A DNA stretch of 64,000 nucleotides from a virus, in the UHGV virus genome UHGV-0218015, one strand, 5' to 3'. The notes beneath the pieces are model-generated. The model searched no databases, was not told the origin of the DNA, and worked only from the letters and a program-made list of their open reading frames with translations. Below are positions 49,570 to 59,142 of this stretch, piece after piece. The translations under genes and the position numbers were made by a program. Positions within the stretch are counted from its first letter, which is position 1. Each line of letters opens with the position of its first letter.

Positions 49570-50121
49570 ATGAACAAATTTAATATCTTAGACGCTGAAG
49601 TCGTATCTGAAACCAGCCTACAGCAGGAAATTTTCCGCATTCAGTTTGGCGATAAAACCCTTATCGTCCCACGCCCGGTAATGATTGGACTGGCTATTTT
49701 TATTAACTGTGTGCATTGTAATGGTTCTCAACTCTCCACGCTCACTTACGGCAATTACGAATTCTATATTCCAGAGCACCTGGAATATAATCGTTTCATC
49801 GCTTTACGCCCGTTCTACAAGTTTATGTTAGACGCAGGTTATTCTACACTGACGAAAACATACATTCGTGATTATTCGAAGCTGGAAACGTTTTACCGTC
49901 GCCGCAGTTATCGCGTTCCTGAACCTATTGACGGTTTTCAAACCCGTGTTGTATTACTTAAACCGCTAGAAAAAGAACTGGCTTGCTATAAACTTGATAT
50001 TGAGCAGAAGTTACTGCGTGAGGATTTGTTGAATCTATACAACCAACTTTCAGTTGTACCGAAAGCCACAGTAGAAAACATTCTACCTGATTACGGAATT
50101 AGACAATACCAGGAAGGTTAA
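49570..50121 (+). CDS. hypothetical protein (183 aa)
   Basis: ORF with TAGGAG RBS. Confidence 0.5.
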   Translation: MNKFNILDAEVVSETSLQQEIFRIQFGDKTLIVPRPVMIGLAIFINCVHCNGSQLSTLTYGNYEFYIPEHLEYNRFIALRPFYKFMLDAGYSTLTKTYIRDYSKLETFYRRRSYRVPEPIDGFQTRVVLLKPLEKELACYKLDIEQKLLREDLLNLYNQLSVVPKATVENILPDYGIRQYQEG

Positions 50122-50123
50122 AA

Positions 50124-50429
50124 ATGAAACTCAAAGCCGATGCGATATGTGTTGTTAAGTTGCCGGAAAGTAATGTGGTGTACTGCGTAAAACGGTTAGA
50201 CATCCGATTACTGATACCGAGACTTAATGAACCTGGTTGGAATGGGGATTTGATGATTCCACTGATCAGACCACTTCCTACGAACGATGGTAATATAACG
50301 CATTTGCACATGGAAGCCAAAGGGCGGTACATCACCGTTTACCATTTGGCCGATCAATACAAAACGAGCCGGTATACCCGAAGAGATTTTATACGGCATT
50401 TAAGGGGCTCACTGGAGATAGAGAAATGA
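50124..50429 (+). CDS. hypothetical protein (101 aa)
   Basis: ORF; ATGA overlap with DHFR start. Confidence 0.4.
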   Translation: MKLKADAICVVKLPESNVVYCVKRLDIRLLIPRLNEPGWNGDLMIPLIRPLPTNDGNITHLHMEAKGRYITVYHLADQYKTSRYTRRDFIRHLRGSLEIEK

Positions 50430-50962
50430 CAATTACAGTTTCGATGATAGCTGCTGCTGGGTTGAATAACGAAATCGGGAAAGACAATAAACTACCGTGG
50501 CGTATTCCTGATGACTTAAAGAATTTTAAGGCACTTACATCAGGTAAAGTTATCGTGATGGGAAGCAAGACATGGGAATCGTTAGGGTATAAACCCCTAC
50601 CCAATCGTCACCACGTTGTGTTAACGAGAAGACCTGGCGGTGTGCCCGATATAGACGGGGTGCTTAACCTTAAGGGTGAAATGGGTTCGATTATTGAATT
50701 CCTCAAAACCGAGGTTGAGAAAAAGGGTTATCCTAAGGAAATCTTTATTATCGGCGGCGCAGAAATTTACCGTCAGGCGTTACCTTACGTGGATAAGATT
50801 TACTTGTCACGTGTAGAAGTTAAAGTCGATGGTGCAGATGCGTTCTTTCCTGAAATCGATCGTAACAAGTTTGGACTGGTTTATAACTTAACGCACGCTT
50901 CCAAACCGGATAGCGATGTTCCACGTTGGCATTATCAGATTTGGAAAAGAGATGGGCACTGA
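50426..50962 (+). CDS. frd: dihydrofolate reductase
   Basis: 178 aa; canonical DHFR pattern ISMIAA..N.IG.DNKLPW.IP.DLKNFK..T.GK.VIMGSKTWESLG, RPLPNRHHVVLTR, IIGGAEIY. Confidence 0.85.
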   Translation: MTITVSMIAAAGLNNEIGKDNKLPWRIPDDLKNFKALTSGKVIVMGSKTWESLGYKPLPNRHHVVLTRRPGGVPDIDGVLNLKGEMGSIIEFLKTEVEKKGYPKEIFIIGGAEIYRQALPYVDKIYLSRVEVKVDGADAFFPEIDRNKFGLVYNLTHASKPDSDVPRWHYQIWKRDGH

Positions 50963-51248
50963 GTTTGCAACCTTAGAAAAGCTCTTTTTAGGTAGCGTTG
51001 CGAAAAGGAAAATAGCGCGCTTCACTTGGTATCCTTCCCCTGCAAAACACGCGTTCATACGTCGTTTACATCAAGATAAAAGCGTCAGGCTGGTCTTGAT
51101 AGTGTTGTTCGAAAACAACCGTGGGCTGTTGATTAACAATCAGCGTTTTGCGGCAGAGATTTGGGCAACCACATCTGGGGGCGAGGAAGCGTCTGTTGGC
51201 TTCGCTAACGACGAGATTATCTTTGAAGGTATACCTTATCTGTTATAG
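50952..51248 (+). CDS. hypothetical protein
   Basis: ORF 50916..51248 overlapping DHFR 3' end; start possibly ATG 50952; may be spurious. Confidence 0.3.
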   Translation: MGTEFATLEKLFLGSVAKRKIARFTWYPSPAKHAFIRRLHQDKSVRLVLIVLFENNRGLLINNQRFAAEIWATTSGGEEASVGFANDEIIFEGIPYLL

Positions 51249-51258
51249 GTAGTTTAAA

Positions 51259-51300
51259 CGTAAAAGGGGACTTCGGTTCCCTTTTATTTTTTTTTTCATT
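51259..51300 (+). terminator. intrinsic terminator
   Basis: aaaagggga cttcgg ttccctttt followed by T-run. Confidence 0.6.
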
Positions 51301-51338
51301 TCGCGCCTGTGATATGACTATAACGAAGGAACAAGCCA

Positions 51339-52847
51339 ATGCAACAGTATTTTGAAATTCCGTCGTTAGACGCGACCATTCGCAAACCAATAATCGATGG
51401 TGTTATACAACGTGTACTTAATGAGTCTGGTATCGATACAGCAGCGGTTGTTTTCCTCGATGAATTCAATAGCGCCCATCAACCAGATTCCACGTTAGGT
51501 GACGGTACTGATGTAGAGTACAGTTCACCTGAAAAGGTTTACGTTGAAGTAGAAGAAGAACGCGATGAGTGGGCAAGAATCAACCGTCAGGTTGGTCAGC
51601 AGGCTGAACCGTACTTCTTTGAGAACCGTGTCGATCAGGTACGCGCCTGGCCCGTTAGAACGATGTATAACGTAACAGTAACGTTACGACGTACCAGTGC
51701 CTCACGTGATGAGTTACTGCGCTGGACGAACCGTTTAGACTCGTTAGTGGACATGGGTCGATATTCGACCATGACGGAGTCAGAAGCGTTCTATTATATC
51801 CCTAAACCTGCTTTAAAATTGTTGAATGCCTGCTACGTTGCTGCGGGAACGCGAGTATCAACGTTTGACGATTTTAAAGCCTATTTGAAAGCGTATTTTA
51901 CGCCCGATGTATTTCGCGCAGCTAATGTTGCTGGCGGTCAGGAAACCATTGCGGTACGTTACGCACCTACGCGTTTAGAAACGGTATATGACGTTCAAAC
52001 ACCGGCTTGGGATAAAGATGAAAACCGCTGGGAAGCAACGTTCGTTATCCGTTTCTCTTATCAGCGTCCTGAGGAGATTGTGGTTTCGTATCCGTATATC
52101 ATCAACCAGACACCACTGCCTGATGAATATTGGCCGGAGATAGATCCTCCGTGGGTATCTAACGAGGAGTTAGTTTACCGTCATCCTCAGCAACGCAATC
52201 TGGATTCGACCTGGTGGATTAACGAAACTCGTCAGTATATTCGTCTCCCGTATTTGTTATCCCCCACGGAACAGTTCCATCGTACGCACTCACCGCTTAA
52301 AGATAAACTCTTACCGATTTTTGGTACAGATGTTGTGTTTGAACCGGACAACATGTTATCGCCGAAGGTGATGTCTACGGAAGATTTACCTTACGAGTGG
52401 AACGAAGCGTTGCTGCCGTATATCGAACATTGTCGTGCGATTGACCCGACAGGACAGACGGGCGTATTCCGTGTCGAGCTGTTCGAAGAGGGACAGATTA
52501 TCGAACCGCGTTTCTACCATTGGGAAGGAAATACGTTTTCGCTTAAAGGTCGTGACCTGAAAGTAAATAAGGGTTATTACTTAACCGAATCGGTTATGTT
52601 TGACTGGCGTGGAATGAACCTCTGGCCATTACAGTTATATCCGCAGGCAGCGAAAGTGTTAATTGAATGGTTGTTCCCGAAATGGGACGTTCCTGATTGG
52701 TGGTGGGATAAGCCGGTGTTACCGCCGAGTGTTATCGATGACATTAATAAACTGATTCCGAACGTAGAAGCCCGTGTGTTACTGACGGTGCTGAACTCGA
52801 CCATTATTACCATGCGAGGAACAGAGAATGCTCAAAGCGAAGCGTGA
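51339..52847 (+). CDS. hypothetical protein (502 aa)
   Basis: first gene of a run of overlapping plus-strand ORFs. Confidence 0.5.
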   Translation: MQQYFEIPSLDATIRKPIIDGVIQRVLNESGIDTAAVVFLDEFNSAHQPDSTLGDGTDVEYSSPEKVYVEVEEERDEWARINRQVGQQAEPYFFENRVDQVRAWPVRTMYNVTVTLRRTSASRDELLRWTNRLDSLVDMGRYSTMTESEAFYYIPKPALKLLNACYVAAGTRVSTFDDFKAYLKAYFTPDVFRAANVAGGQETIAVRYAPTRLETVYDVQTPAWDKDENRWEATFVIRFSYQRPEEIVVSYPYIINQTPLPDEYWPEIDPPWVSNEELVYRHPQQRNLDSTWWINETRQYIRLPYLLSPTEQFHRTHSPLKDKLLPIFGTDVVFEPDNMLSPKVMSTEDLPYEWNEALLPYIEHCRAIDPTGQTGVFRVELFEEGQIIEPRFYHWEGNTFSLKGRDLKVNKGYYLTESVMFDWRGMNLWPLQLYPQAAKVLIEWLFPKWDVPDWWWDKPVLPPSVIDDINKLIPNVEARVLLTVLNSTIITMRGTENAQSEA

Positions 52848-54198
52848 TAAACCGTCTTCTTTCGAACCGGTGGAACGCCCGATACCTGAGTTGAATAAAC
52901 CGCAAGACGGCGTGAAGGAAACCACGAACGTGGTGACACAGCCGACCCGTACAACGGTGACGGATTTAGAGCGTATACCGAAGCAGTACTTGATGAAATA
53001 CCTGGAAGGGTCTTCCTGGACTGTTGATTTCTTTAATTTCCTGAAAGGGCGTAATGACGCGAAGAAATTCTTCGATTCGAAGGTGCTTACGCCTGACCAG
53101 CAAGTAGAGAAAATCATCGGGTTAGAATTGCGTGTCACTACACCGTTAGATCGTTCTCAGGACACAACAAACAAAACGTTCACCATGTCCGGTGCCGCAA
53201 CAATGGCGAACTCGGTGATTCCCAATGAAGGGTGTTTTTTCGTTGCCCCGATTGGAGACGGACGGTTTGCGTTGTTCAACGTCACTAACGTCGTGCGGAT
53301 GTCCAATAACAAAATTGCAACATATAACATCGAGTATACATTGCTGTTTGAAGTTGATCCGGGCGTTGCAGAAACCATTCGTCGCTGTACGGTTCGTGAG
53401 TATTATTACGTTTCTGAGCGTGCCTGGACGGGCGGTGATACGTTACTGACACCGAAAGAATACCGTGCGTTTTTGAAAGTTGTTGATGCGATTGCGGATA
53501 TTGAACAGACTTACGTAAAACGGTTTTACGATGGGGAAACGGCAACGTTGCTTTTCCCCCACGATCGTCACAGTGATGGGCTGCGTAGTCGCGCGTATTA
53601 CGATGTGTTCTTGGCACAGTTTGTACGCTCTGTAGGCTTACGGACCGTCGGTAAAGATATTCAAATCTACCCGCACCCACCAATGCGTGTGGAAGATATT
53701 GAAACGGTCTGGACAGCATTGTTAAATCAATCGCCAACATTCTTAGCGGATTACAAACGTGATTCCAGTGTCTGGCAGGTAAAAACCTTCCGCACGATGC
53801 AGCATCGGAATTCTGTGACCTGGTCATTAATTTCGGATACCCGATTCTTTACCGATGAATTAAAACCGGGTTATGGGATGGCACAACGTTTTCCTGGACA
53901 GTGGCCGAAGTGGACGGAGTTTGAACCGGTTGAAGTGGAAAACTATCGGGGTAACGAAGGTGAATCGATCCCCGCGTTTTTACCGCTGACCTACAAGCCG
54001 TATTTGTTAAGCCCAACGTTTTACGAGGGCTCGTACAGTTCGTTATTAGAATACGGTTTATATCTCTATCTGAATAAGCGTCCACTGTCGACAGTAATTG
54101 CGTTGCGGTTGTTTGAAGAAGTTTACCGTTTGCCGAAGGATGCGCAATTCTATTACATCCCGATGGTGTATTTGTTGTTACGGTATGCGAGGGATTAA
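52828..54198 (+). CDS. hypothetical protein (456 aa)
   Basis: ORF overlapping upstream gene by 20 nt. Confidence 0.5.
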   Translation: MLKAKRDKPSSFEPVERPIPELNKPQDGVKETTNVVTQPTRTTVTDLERIPKQYLMKYLEGSSWTVDFFNFLKGRNDAKKFFDSKVLTPDQQVEKIIGLELRVTTPLDRSQDTTNKTFTMSGAATMANSVIPNEGCFFVAPIGDGRFALFNVTNVVRMSNNKIATYNIEYTLLFEVDPGVAETIRRCTVREYYYVSERAWTGGDTLLTPKEYRAFLKVVDAIADIEQTYVKRFYDGETATLLFPHDRHSDGLRSRAYYDVFLAQFVRSVGLRTVGKDIQIYPHPPMRVEDIETVWTALLNQSPTFLADYKRDSSVWQVKTFRTMQHRNSVTWSLISDTRFFTDELKPGYGMAQRFPGQWPKWTEFEPVEVENYRGNEGESIPAFLPLTYKPYLLSPTFYEGSYSSLLEYGLYLYLNKRPLSTVIALRLFEEVYRLPKDAQFYYIPMVYLLLRYARD

Positions 54199-54739
54199 CG
54201 TGGCTGAAAAACGTAGCGCAGCATTTATGCTGTTTCACAAGTGGGTAGGATGGCGTGTTCCTGAATGGACGACGATTTCAACGTATATGTCTCAGGAACA
54301 TGGGTTGTTCTTACCGGAAGACGAGAAAAAAGCACGCGCGATACTGCTAAATAAAAAGACCGTATACATGCGACCTTTCGAAGTTGCGGTTTATGCAGAA
54401 ACGGGTGCGGCATTAGACGTCCACGACCCACATGACGGGATTATCGTGTACGGGTATATCATGGAGCACTTAGCCGATTGGCTAAATTACATGCAGACCC
54501 CACACTTAACAATACGTAAAGTCCCTATGGAGGGGTTGCGTCAGTTTAATGCGTTAGCGCGTAAACTGTTCCCGGTAGCGAACCGTTACGGTTACTTTAA
54601 GAAACCTGAAGTAACCATGGTGGTTTCCGTACAAGCGTTATTTGGCGAAGTCCGATTGGAAACAGAACGGCATCAGTTCAACGATACGATTATGCACCGT
54701 ATTGAACAGATATACCGTAGACGTGGAGGAATTCTGTAA
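54185..54739 (+). CDS. hypothetical protein
   Basis: ORF 54098..54739; start moved to ATG 54185. Confidence 0.45.
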   Translation: MRGINVAEKRSAAFMLFHKWVGWRVPEWTTISTYMSQEHGLFLPEDEKKARAILLNKKTVYMRPFEVAVYAETGAALDVHDPHDGIIVYGYIMEHLADWLNYMQTPHLTIRKVPMEGLRQFNALARKLFPVANRYGYFKKPEVTMVVSVQALFGEVRLETERHQFNDTIMHRIEQIYRRRGGIL

Positions 54740-56058
54740 TGTCGTTTGGTCGGTTACAGAACATAGCAAACGTGCACATTGCACAAGCGGCGGGATTACC
54801 GGCCATCGACTACGTACCCCTTATTACAGTTCGTGGGGTGACGATCGACGTTTACAAAACCATGTCGATAATCCATGCCAGTAATTTCGCTCAGGATTTA
54901 ACGACTATCACACATCTCAGTGTGGTAATTCCACTGAGCCAGCAACGTATTCTTACGTCGTCGGCAGAAGGGGATTTATCAGTTAAAATCCTGATGCGGA
55001 CAATGAACAAGAAAACCATTGCTCAGCTGAACTACCGAGGAATCGTGGTTAACAATCACGATCCTGATATGGAATCGCCCACGATGTTCTTGGGTGAGTC
55101 TGATCAAAAAGGGTTGGGCGTGGTGACGCTGGAACTGATGGACGAATCGATGTGGTTCCTTCGCTGTCGGCAGGTAGGAGGGATTTACCACGAGACGGAT
55201 GGATTAAGTGTCGTTCGTGCATTACTTGCTGATACGTTACCTACTGGGGATGCACCAGAAGGTCAGTTGGTTGGTGTGGAATACGAGGAAGAAGAACAAC
55301 AGCCTTATCGTGACATTTTGATTCCCGATTCGCAAAGTTTTCTTTCGGTTTTCGATTTCATTCAGAACCGTTACGGTGTGTATAGCCAAGGATTAGGTGT
55401 CTTCTTGTATAAACACCGTTGGCATATCTTTCAGCCGTGGGACTCTAAGAAATTCTCTACGGCGAAAAAGAAACTGGTGGTAATTAACCTTCCAAGAGAG
55501 AAGGTTGCCTATTTAGATAAAACGTGTCACATTGCAGGTGACGTCATTTATCTGATTTGTGGTGGCGATGTTCACACCTTCGAAGACAAAGACGCCCTTG
55601 CGCTAAATCAGGGAACGGGTTACCGTGTGGGTTCAATCCGTGCCTTAGATGGACGTGCAAGTTCTTTCTCTCCAGGCGATGTTTCGGCAACGACGTCAGA
55701 TTCGTTTGTTTCAGCGGCAGACCCTACACAGTACCCTGGTGGTGTTGTTAATGCGCCTATTGATCCAAACGAACACTTCAGCGACACAGATAAACCCCGT
55801 CGTTCTAAGTTGGCTGCCGCTAGAGGGACACTTACCGCAACGACCTGGAACCGTTCGGCGTACGGTTTATTACAGCCGGGTATGGCAGTAAAATATCTGT
55901 ATGCGAATAATTACGGTGTATACACTCGTTATGGGACGTTGGTTGGTGAAGTTTTCCAAGCTGCCGTTGATGGCGGTTCGATGGCGTCCCCACAATTTAA
56001 TACCATTAGTCAATTGACGTTGTGGTTGACTAATGAAAAATTTACAACCGCTACGTAA
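54739..56058 (+). CDS. hypothetical protein (439 aa)
   Basis: TAATG stop/start overlap. Confidence 0.5.
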   Translation: MSFGRLQNIANVHIAQAAGLPAIDYVPLITVRGVTIDVYKTMSIIHASNFAQDLTTITHLSVVIPLSQQRILTSSAEGDLSVKILMRTMNKKTIAQLNYRGIVVNNHDPDMESPTMFLGESDQKGLGVVTLELMDESMWFLRCRQVGGIYHETDGLSVVRALLADTLPTGDAPEGQLVGVEYEEEEQQPYRDILIPDSQSFLSVFDFIQNRYGVYSQGLGVFLYKHRWHIFQPWDSKKFSTAKKKLVVINLPREKVAYLDKTCHIAGDVIYLICGGDVHTFEDKDALALNQGTGYRVGSIRALDGRASSFSPGDVSATTSDSFVSAADPTQYPGGVVNAPIDPNEHFSDTDKPRRSKLAAARGTLTATTWNRSAYGLLQPGMAVKYLYANNYGVYTRYGTLVGEVFQAAVDGGSMASPQFNTISQLTLWLTNEKFTTAT

Positions 56059-56084
56059 ATTATGTTGTCCGTAACCTAAAGGAT

Positions 56085-56891
56085 TTGTTAATGAGTAATC
56101 TACTTACTTTCAGAATGTCTGGTCAAACGTTAATTCAAATCGACAAATTCGAAGAAGAGAATTTTTCGAAACCGTCGAAGTTGTTAGAACGTTGCCTTAA
56201 TGTTATTCCTGGTGGCGAACAACGCCAGTTGGATTACATCATGGCGTCCAGTGCTGACAAAACGATTTCTGTTATCTATACCGTAGACGGTGTACAGAAT
56301 TGTCGCTTATTATCAATCGAAGAAAAAGGGACGTTAGGTCATTTGTTGTTCCTGCACGCGATCACAACTGCTGTGGTGTCTGGTGCTTTAGAAGCGCAAT
56401 ACGGTTTTGCTTATTGTTACTTCTATGCTCAGAAATTGGCTGCAGCGGTTACCCCAGGGCAACAGGAAACCTATCCTCAGTATATTGAACGTATTCTCCC
56501 TTCACACTTTAGTGAGTCGGAAGACTATGACTTCAATGCGTTTCGTTTTACCGTAGTGGGTGAAGCCCGCGACCCTGAATATACCACGGCTGTGCGTGCG
56601 GTGGTGCGCTATTCTGTTATTTCTACAGACAGTGGCACATCAAATAACTTCAATGAAGTGTATCCGGTCTTGCAGTTAGGTCCTTATGTGACCTTCAACA
56701 GCTATGTACCTTTCAGTTGCCAGCTTGTGGGTCCGCAGGATAACGATTCTATTCTTCCTGTTGCGGAAGAAAAGTCATTGTTTATTCGCGAATCCGTAGA
56801 AGCTATTAGCGATAAGCGCTTTATGATTTCTTCGAAGACGGGCATTAGCGATCCTGAAATCGCTGTAATGGATAAGATGCAAGGTCTGTAA
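56085..56891 (+). CDS. hypothetical protein (268 aa)
   Basis: ORF with AAAGGA RBS. Confidence 0.5.
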   Translation: MLMSNLLTFRMSGQTLIQIDKFEEENFSKPSKLLERCLNVIPGGEQRQLDYIMASSADKTISVIYTVDGVQNCRLLSIEEKGTLGHLLFLHAITTAVVSGALEAQYGFAYCYFYAQKLAAAVTPGQQETYPQYIERILPSHFSESEDYDFNAFRFTVVGEARDPEYTTAVRAVVRYSVISTDSGTSNNFNEVYPVLQLGPYVTFNSYVPFSCQLVGPQDNDSILPVAEEKSLFIRESVEAISDKRFMISSKTGISDPEIAVMDKMQGL

Positions 56892-56898
56892 AAACTTC

Positions 56899-56940
56899 CC
56901 GTTACCTCTGTGGGTAACGGGAATACCTTTTATTTATTCC
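56899..56940 (+). terminator. hairpin terminator (weak T-run)
   Basis: cccgttacc tctgtg ggtaacggg. Confidence 0.4.
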
Positions 56941-57052
56941 TAAACGCCACACAGAAGTCATTTCTCCATTAAGACGACTAATTACCCTTTAAAAAGAAAA
57001 TTGCGTTAGAATGCGTTTTAGAGCGTTCTAGAGGGTATATGGATTCAAAAAG

Positions 57053-57077
57053 ATTTCAGATATATATTACCTAGGTG
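57053..57077 (+). promoter_or_regulatory. promoter-like motif TATATATTACCTAGGTG (class 2)
   Basis: identical 25-mer to 48797..48821, about 50 nt upstream of ATG 57127. Confidence 0.5.
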
Positions 57078-57126
57078 AGAGTTTACGTAATACTCATTTA
57101 TCGAATACCTAATTAGGAGTTATATC

Positions 57127-57270
57127 ATGATTTCTGTAAAACACAAAAAAGCTATCTTCGCTGTTGTTATCGCTGTTGTTCTGGGTTGCCTGTACCTGGA
57201 TATCGACAAAGGCTACGACACTTGCATCGACAACGGTAATTCCGTTGCACAGTGCACTGGTCGTGGTTAA
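57127..57270 (+). CDS. small putative lipoprotein (47 aa)
   Basis: not in ORF track (under 60 aa); AGGAG RBS; MISVKHKKAIFAVVIAVVLGC: basic N-terminus, hydrophobic core, lipobox-like VLGC; short Cys-containing mature part; own promoter and terminator. Confidence 0.45.
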   Translation: MISVKHKKAIFAVVIAVVLGCLYLDIDKGYDTCIDNGNSVAQCTGRG

Positions 57271-57274
57271 TGTA

Positions 57275-57306
57275 TAAGGCACCTTCGGGTGCCCTTAATT
57301 TTTTTA
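57275..57306 (+). terminator. intrinsic terminator
   Basis: aaggcacc ttcg ggtgccctt followed by T-run. Confidence 0.65.
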
Positions 57307-57324
57307 TTAATTGGAGCATAAAAG

Positions 57325-58140
57325 ATGATTACTATTAAAGATTATTTTCCGCGTGGGCTGAGCAATGAAAACTTCGTTCCAACTGAAGACATTGCCATCG
57401 TTGCAGAGTCTAACGATAAGTCTTTTAAACTCTACTTGAGTACGGCAGCAGGAAAATCTACTCTTATCCTTCGTGAACCTGAAGTGATAAGCATCTGCTC
57501 GTTTAGGGGCGGTGTAGAAGGAACGATTAACTGGTTGAAATCCAGAATGCATCGTTTACTTATCGTGAATACCGATCCTACGATTCGATTACAGCAATTG
57601 AAATCGTTGAATGAAGTTATCGTCGGATTATTGGAACATGAAACGTTCGGTAATGCTGAGATTGCGGAAGCGATTAAATCTGTAGAACTAATCGAGTGGA
57701 GTGATATCGAATACGAACGTGCTGCGTTATTCGCAATGCACGGTGACGATAATCCCGTTGTGTTTGCACAAACGTTGGATAATGTTACCGTGACGGCACG
57801 CGTATTGTTCGGCTTGCAACGTGTTGAGTTTGAACTGAAACACGTTTATGTAAGTAATACCCCAGAGATGGTGGAAACGTTGACTCGTGCGTTCGCTTAC
57901 CCGTTAGACGGAGAATGGGAACAGCAGATTAATGAAGCGTTAGGCGCAATGCTGTTCTTAGCAGGCACACTAAGGAAAGAAGAGAAATTAGAAGGTCGTG
58001 TTTATCCAGAATACGATTTTGTTTGTGAAGAATGTGGAGCACAGTATCAAATACGTGTTCCTTTAACCGGCCTGACAATCCCGAAAGCCAACGTGGAATG
58101 TAAAGAATGTGGCCATGTCCAATACGTAGCGACTAAATAA
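57325..58140 (+). CDS. hypothetical protein (271 aa) with C-terminal zinc-ribbon motif
   Basis: C-terminus CEECGAQYQ...CKECGH (CxxC...CxxC). Confidence 0.5.
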   Translation: MITIKDYFPRGLSNENFVPTEDIAIVAESNDKSFKLYLSTAAGKSTLILREPEVISICSFRGGVEGTINWLKSRMHRLLIVNTDPTIRLQQLKSLNEVIVGLLEHETFGNAEIAEAIKSVELIEWSDIEYERAALFAMHGDDNPVVFAQTLDNVTVTARVLFGLQRVEFELKHVYVSNTPEMVETLTRAFAYPLDGEWEQQINEALGAMLFLAGTLRKEEKLEGRVYPEYDFVCEECGAQYQIRVPLTGLTIPKANVECKECGHVQYVATK

Positions 58141-58146
58141 AAGCAA

Positions 58147-58190
58147 CCCCTAATCCCGAAAAGGATTAGGGGTACACTTTATTTATTTTC
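58147..58190 (+). terminator. intrinsic terminator
   Basis: cccctaatcc cgaaaa ggattagggg followed by T-rich tract. Confidence 0.6.
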
Positions 58191-58197
58191 GCAAATT

Positions 58198-58281
58198 CAA
58201 CAGCTTGGATTAAATAAAAGGTTTAAACCTTCTAATAATCGACGAGTACAAATCTTCACCGAAAGGAGAAGTAACTACTAA
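58198..58281 (+). pseudogene. 3' remnant of a small paralogous gene (no start codon)
   Basis: encodes ...QQLGLNKRFKPSNNRRVQIFTERRSNY*, homologous to the C-terminus SQLGTDKRLKPSTNRFTQIFTEKRSEHY* of the 58438..58611 ORF; no in-frame ATG. Confidence 0.4.
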
Positions 58282-58313
58282 ATAAAATAAAGGGGTGCTG
58301 TCACACCCCTTAT

Positions 58314-58350
58314 CATAGCTTTAACTTTTCGAAAAGAGAAGTTAAAGCAG
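58314..58350 (+). repeat. 37-nt palindromic element, copy 1
   Basis: catagctttaacttttcgaaaagagaagttaaagcag, identical at 58715..58751; 9-bp inverted repeat ctttaactt/aagttaaag. Confidence 0.6.
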
Positions 58351-58437
58351 GGTACGCTGTAGCACCAGCGTACCCTTTACAACACCACTACGTTTCCGTA
58401 GTGGATTTCTTTAATCACCCTACAAAGAGGGCTTACC

Positions 58438-58611
58438 ATGAACAATGGTTACTACTTTACCGACAAAATGCTTGCAGAACAGAGTGCAGCAAAGACCAAT
58501 TTACAGCAACGTATCTACAAGTATAGTCAGCTCGGCACGGATAAACGGTTAAAACCGTCTACCAACCGTTTCACGCAGATATTCACTGAAAAGAGGAGTG
58601 AACACTACTAA
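58438..58611 (+). CDS. small protein (57 aa), member of local paralog family
   Basis: not in ORF track; MNNGYYFTDKMLAEQSAAKTNLQQRIYKYSQLG...; preceded by 37-nt element and RBS. Confidence 0.4.
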   Translation: MNNGYYFTDKMLAEQSAAKTNLQQRIYKYSQLGTDKRLKPSTNRFTQIFTEKRSEHY

Positions 58612-58714
58612 CAAATAAAGGAGAGGCGTGTCAGCGCCTCTCCTCCTCGTACAGTAACCTGCCGAGATGGTGGTCGTAGGTATAATAAAAAAGGGGTGGT
58701 GAAGCACCCCTTTT

Positions 58715-58751
58715 CATAGCTTTAACTTTTCGAAAAGAGAAGTTAAAGCAG
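58715..58751 (+). repeat. 37-nt palindromic element, copy 2
   Basis: identical to 58314..58350; followed by a different perfect 9-bp hairpin. Confidence 0.6.
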
Positions 58752-58837
58752 CAGAGACTGGCGGAACAGTCTCTGCTGTACGGTGTCAACACATAAAGTT
58801 GTTGACGTTTTTACAACATTACGAAAGGTAATGAAAA

Positions 58838-58999
58838 ATGAACGAATATCAAATACAGATGTTCAATACCGCGATGCGAAATCGTGAAAAACAAATTCAG
58901 TTTAACCAACGCATGGACGAATATGTTCGTCTCGGCCTCGTTGCGGCACCGAAAACGGTTAACAACCACAATGTTCAGCAACCACCTCTAAGGAGATAA
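58838..58999 (+). CDS. small protein (53 aa), member of local paralog family
   Basis: not in ORF track; MNEYQIQMFNTAMRNREKQIQFNQRMDEYVRLG...; similar to 58438..58611 product. Confidence 0.4.
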   Translation: MNEYQIQMFNTAMRNREKQIQFNQRMDEYVRLGLVAAPKTVNNHNVQQPPLRR

Positions 59000-59142
59000 G
59001 TTACTAACTAATAAAGGGGGTGGTAGCAACACCCCCTACTTAGTTCGGTAGTTGTTTTCCGTTCATAATTAATAGCCTTCTGTTTTTTTTTGCTTTTCGA
59101 GACGCATAAGGGGTTATAGGGGGGAGCCGAAGCTCCCCAGAC

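Noticed and set aside
57325-58281. Stop-codon read-through extending the 271-aa protein by 46 residues
   Set aside because: The frame is open after the TAA, but a terminator hairpin lies inside the extension and it looks like a decayed paralog; the shared frame is probably coincidental.
58140-59100. tRNA genes or a CRISPR array in the hairpin-rich region
   Set aside because: No cloverleaf or T-arm consensus; the repeats are only two copies of a 37-nt element and flank small coding ORFs, not spacers.
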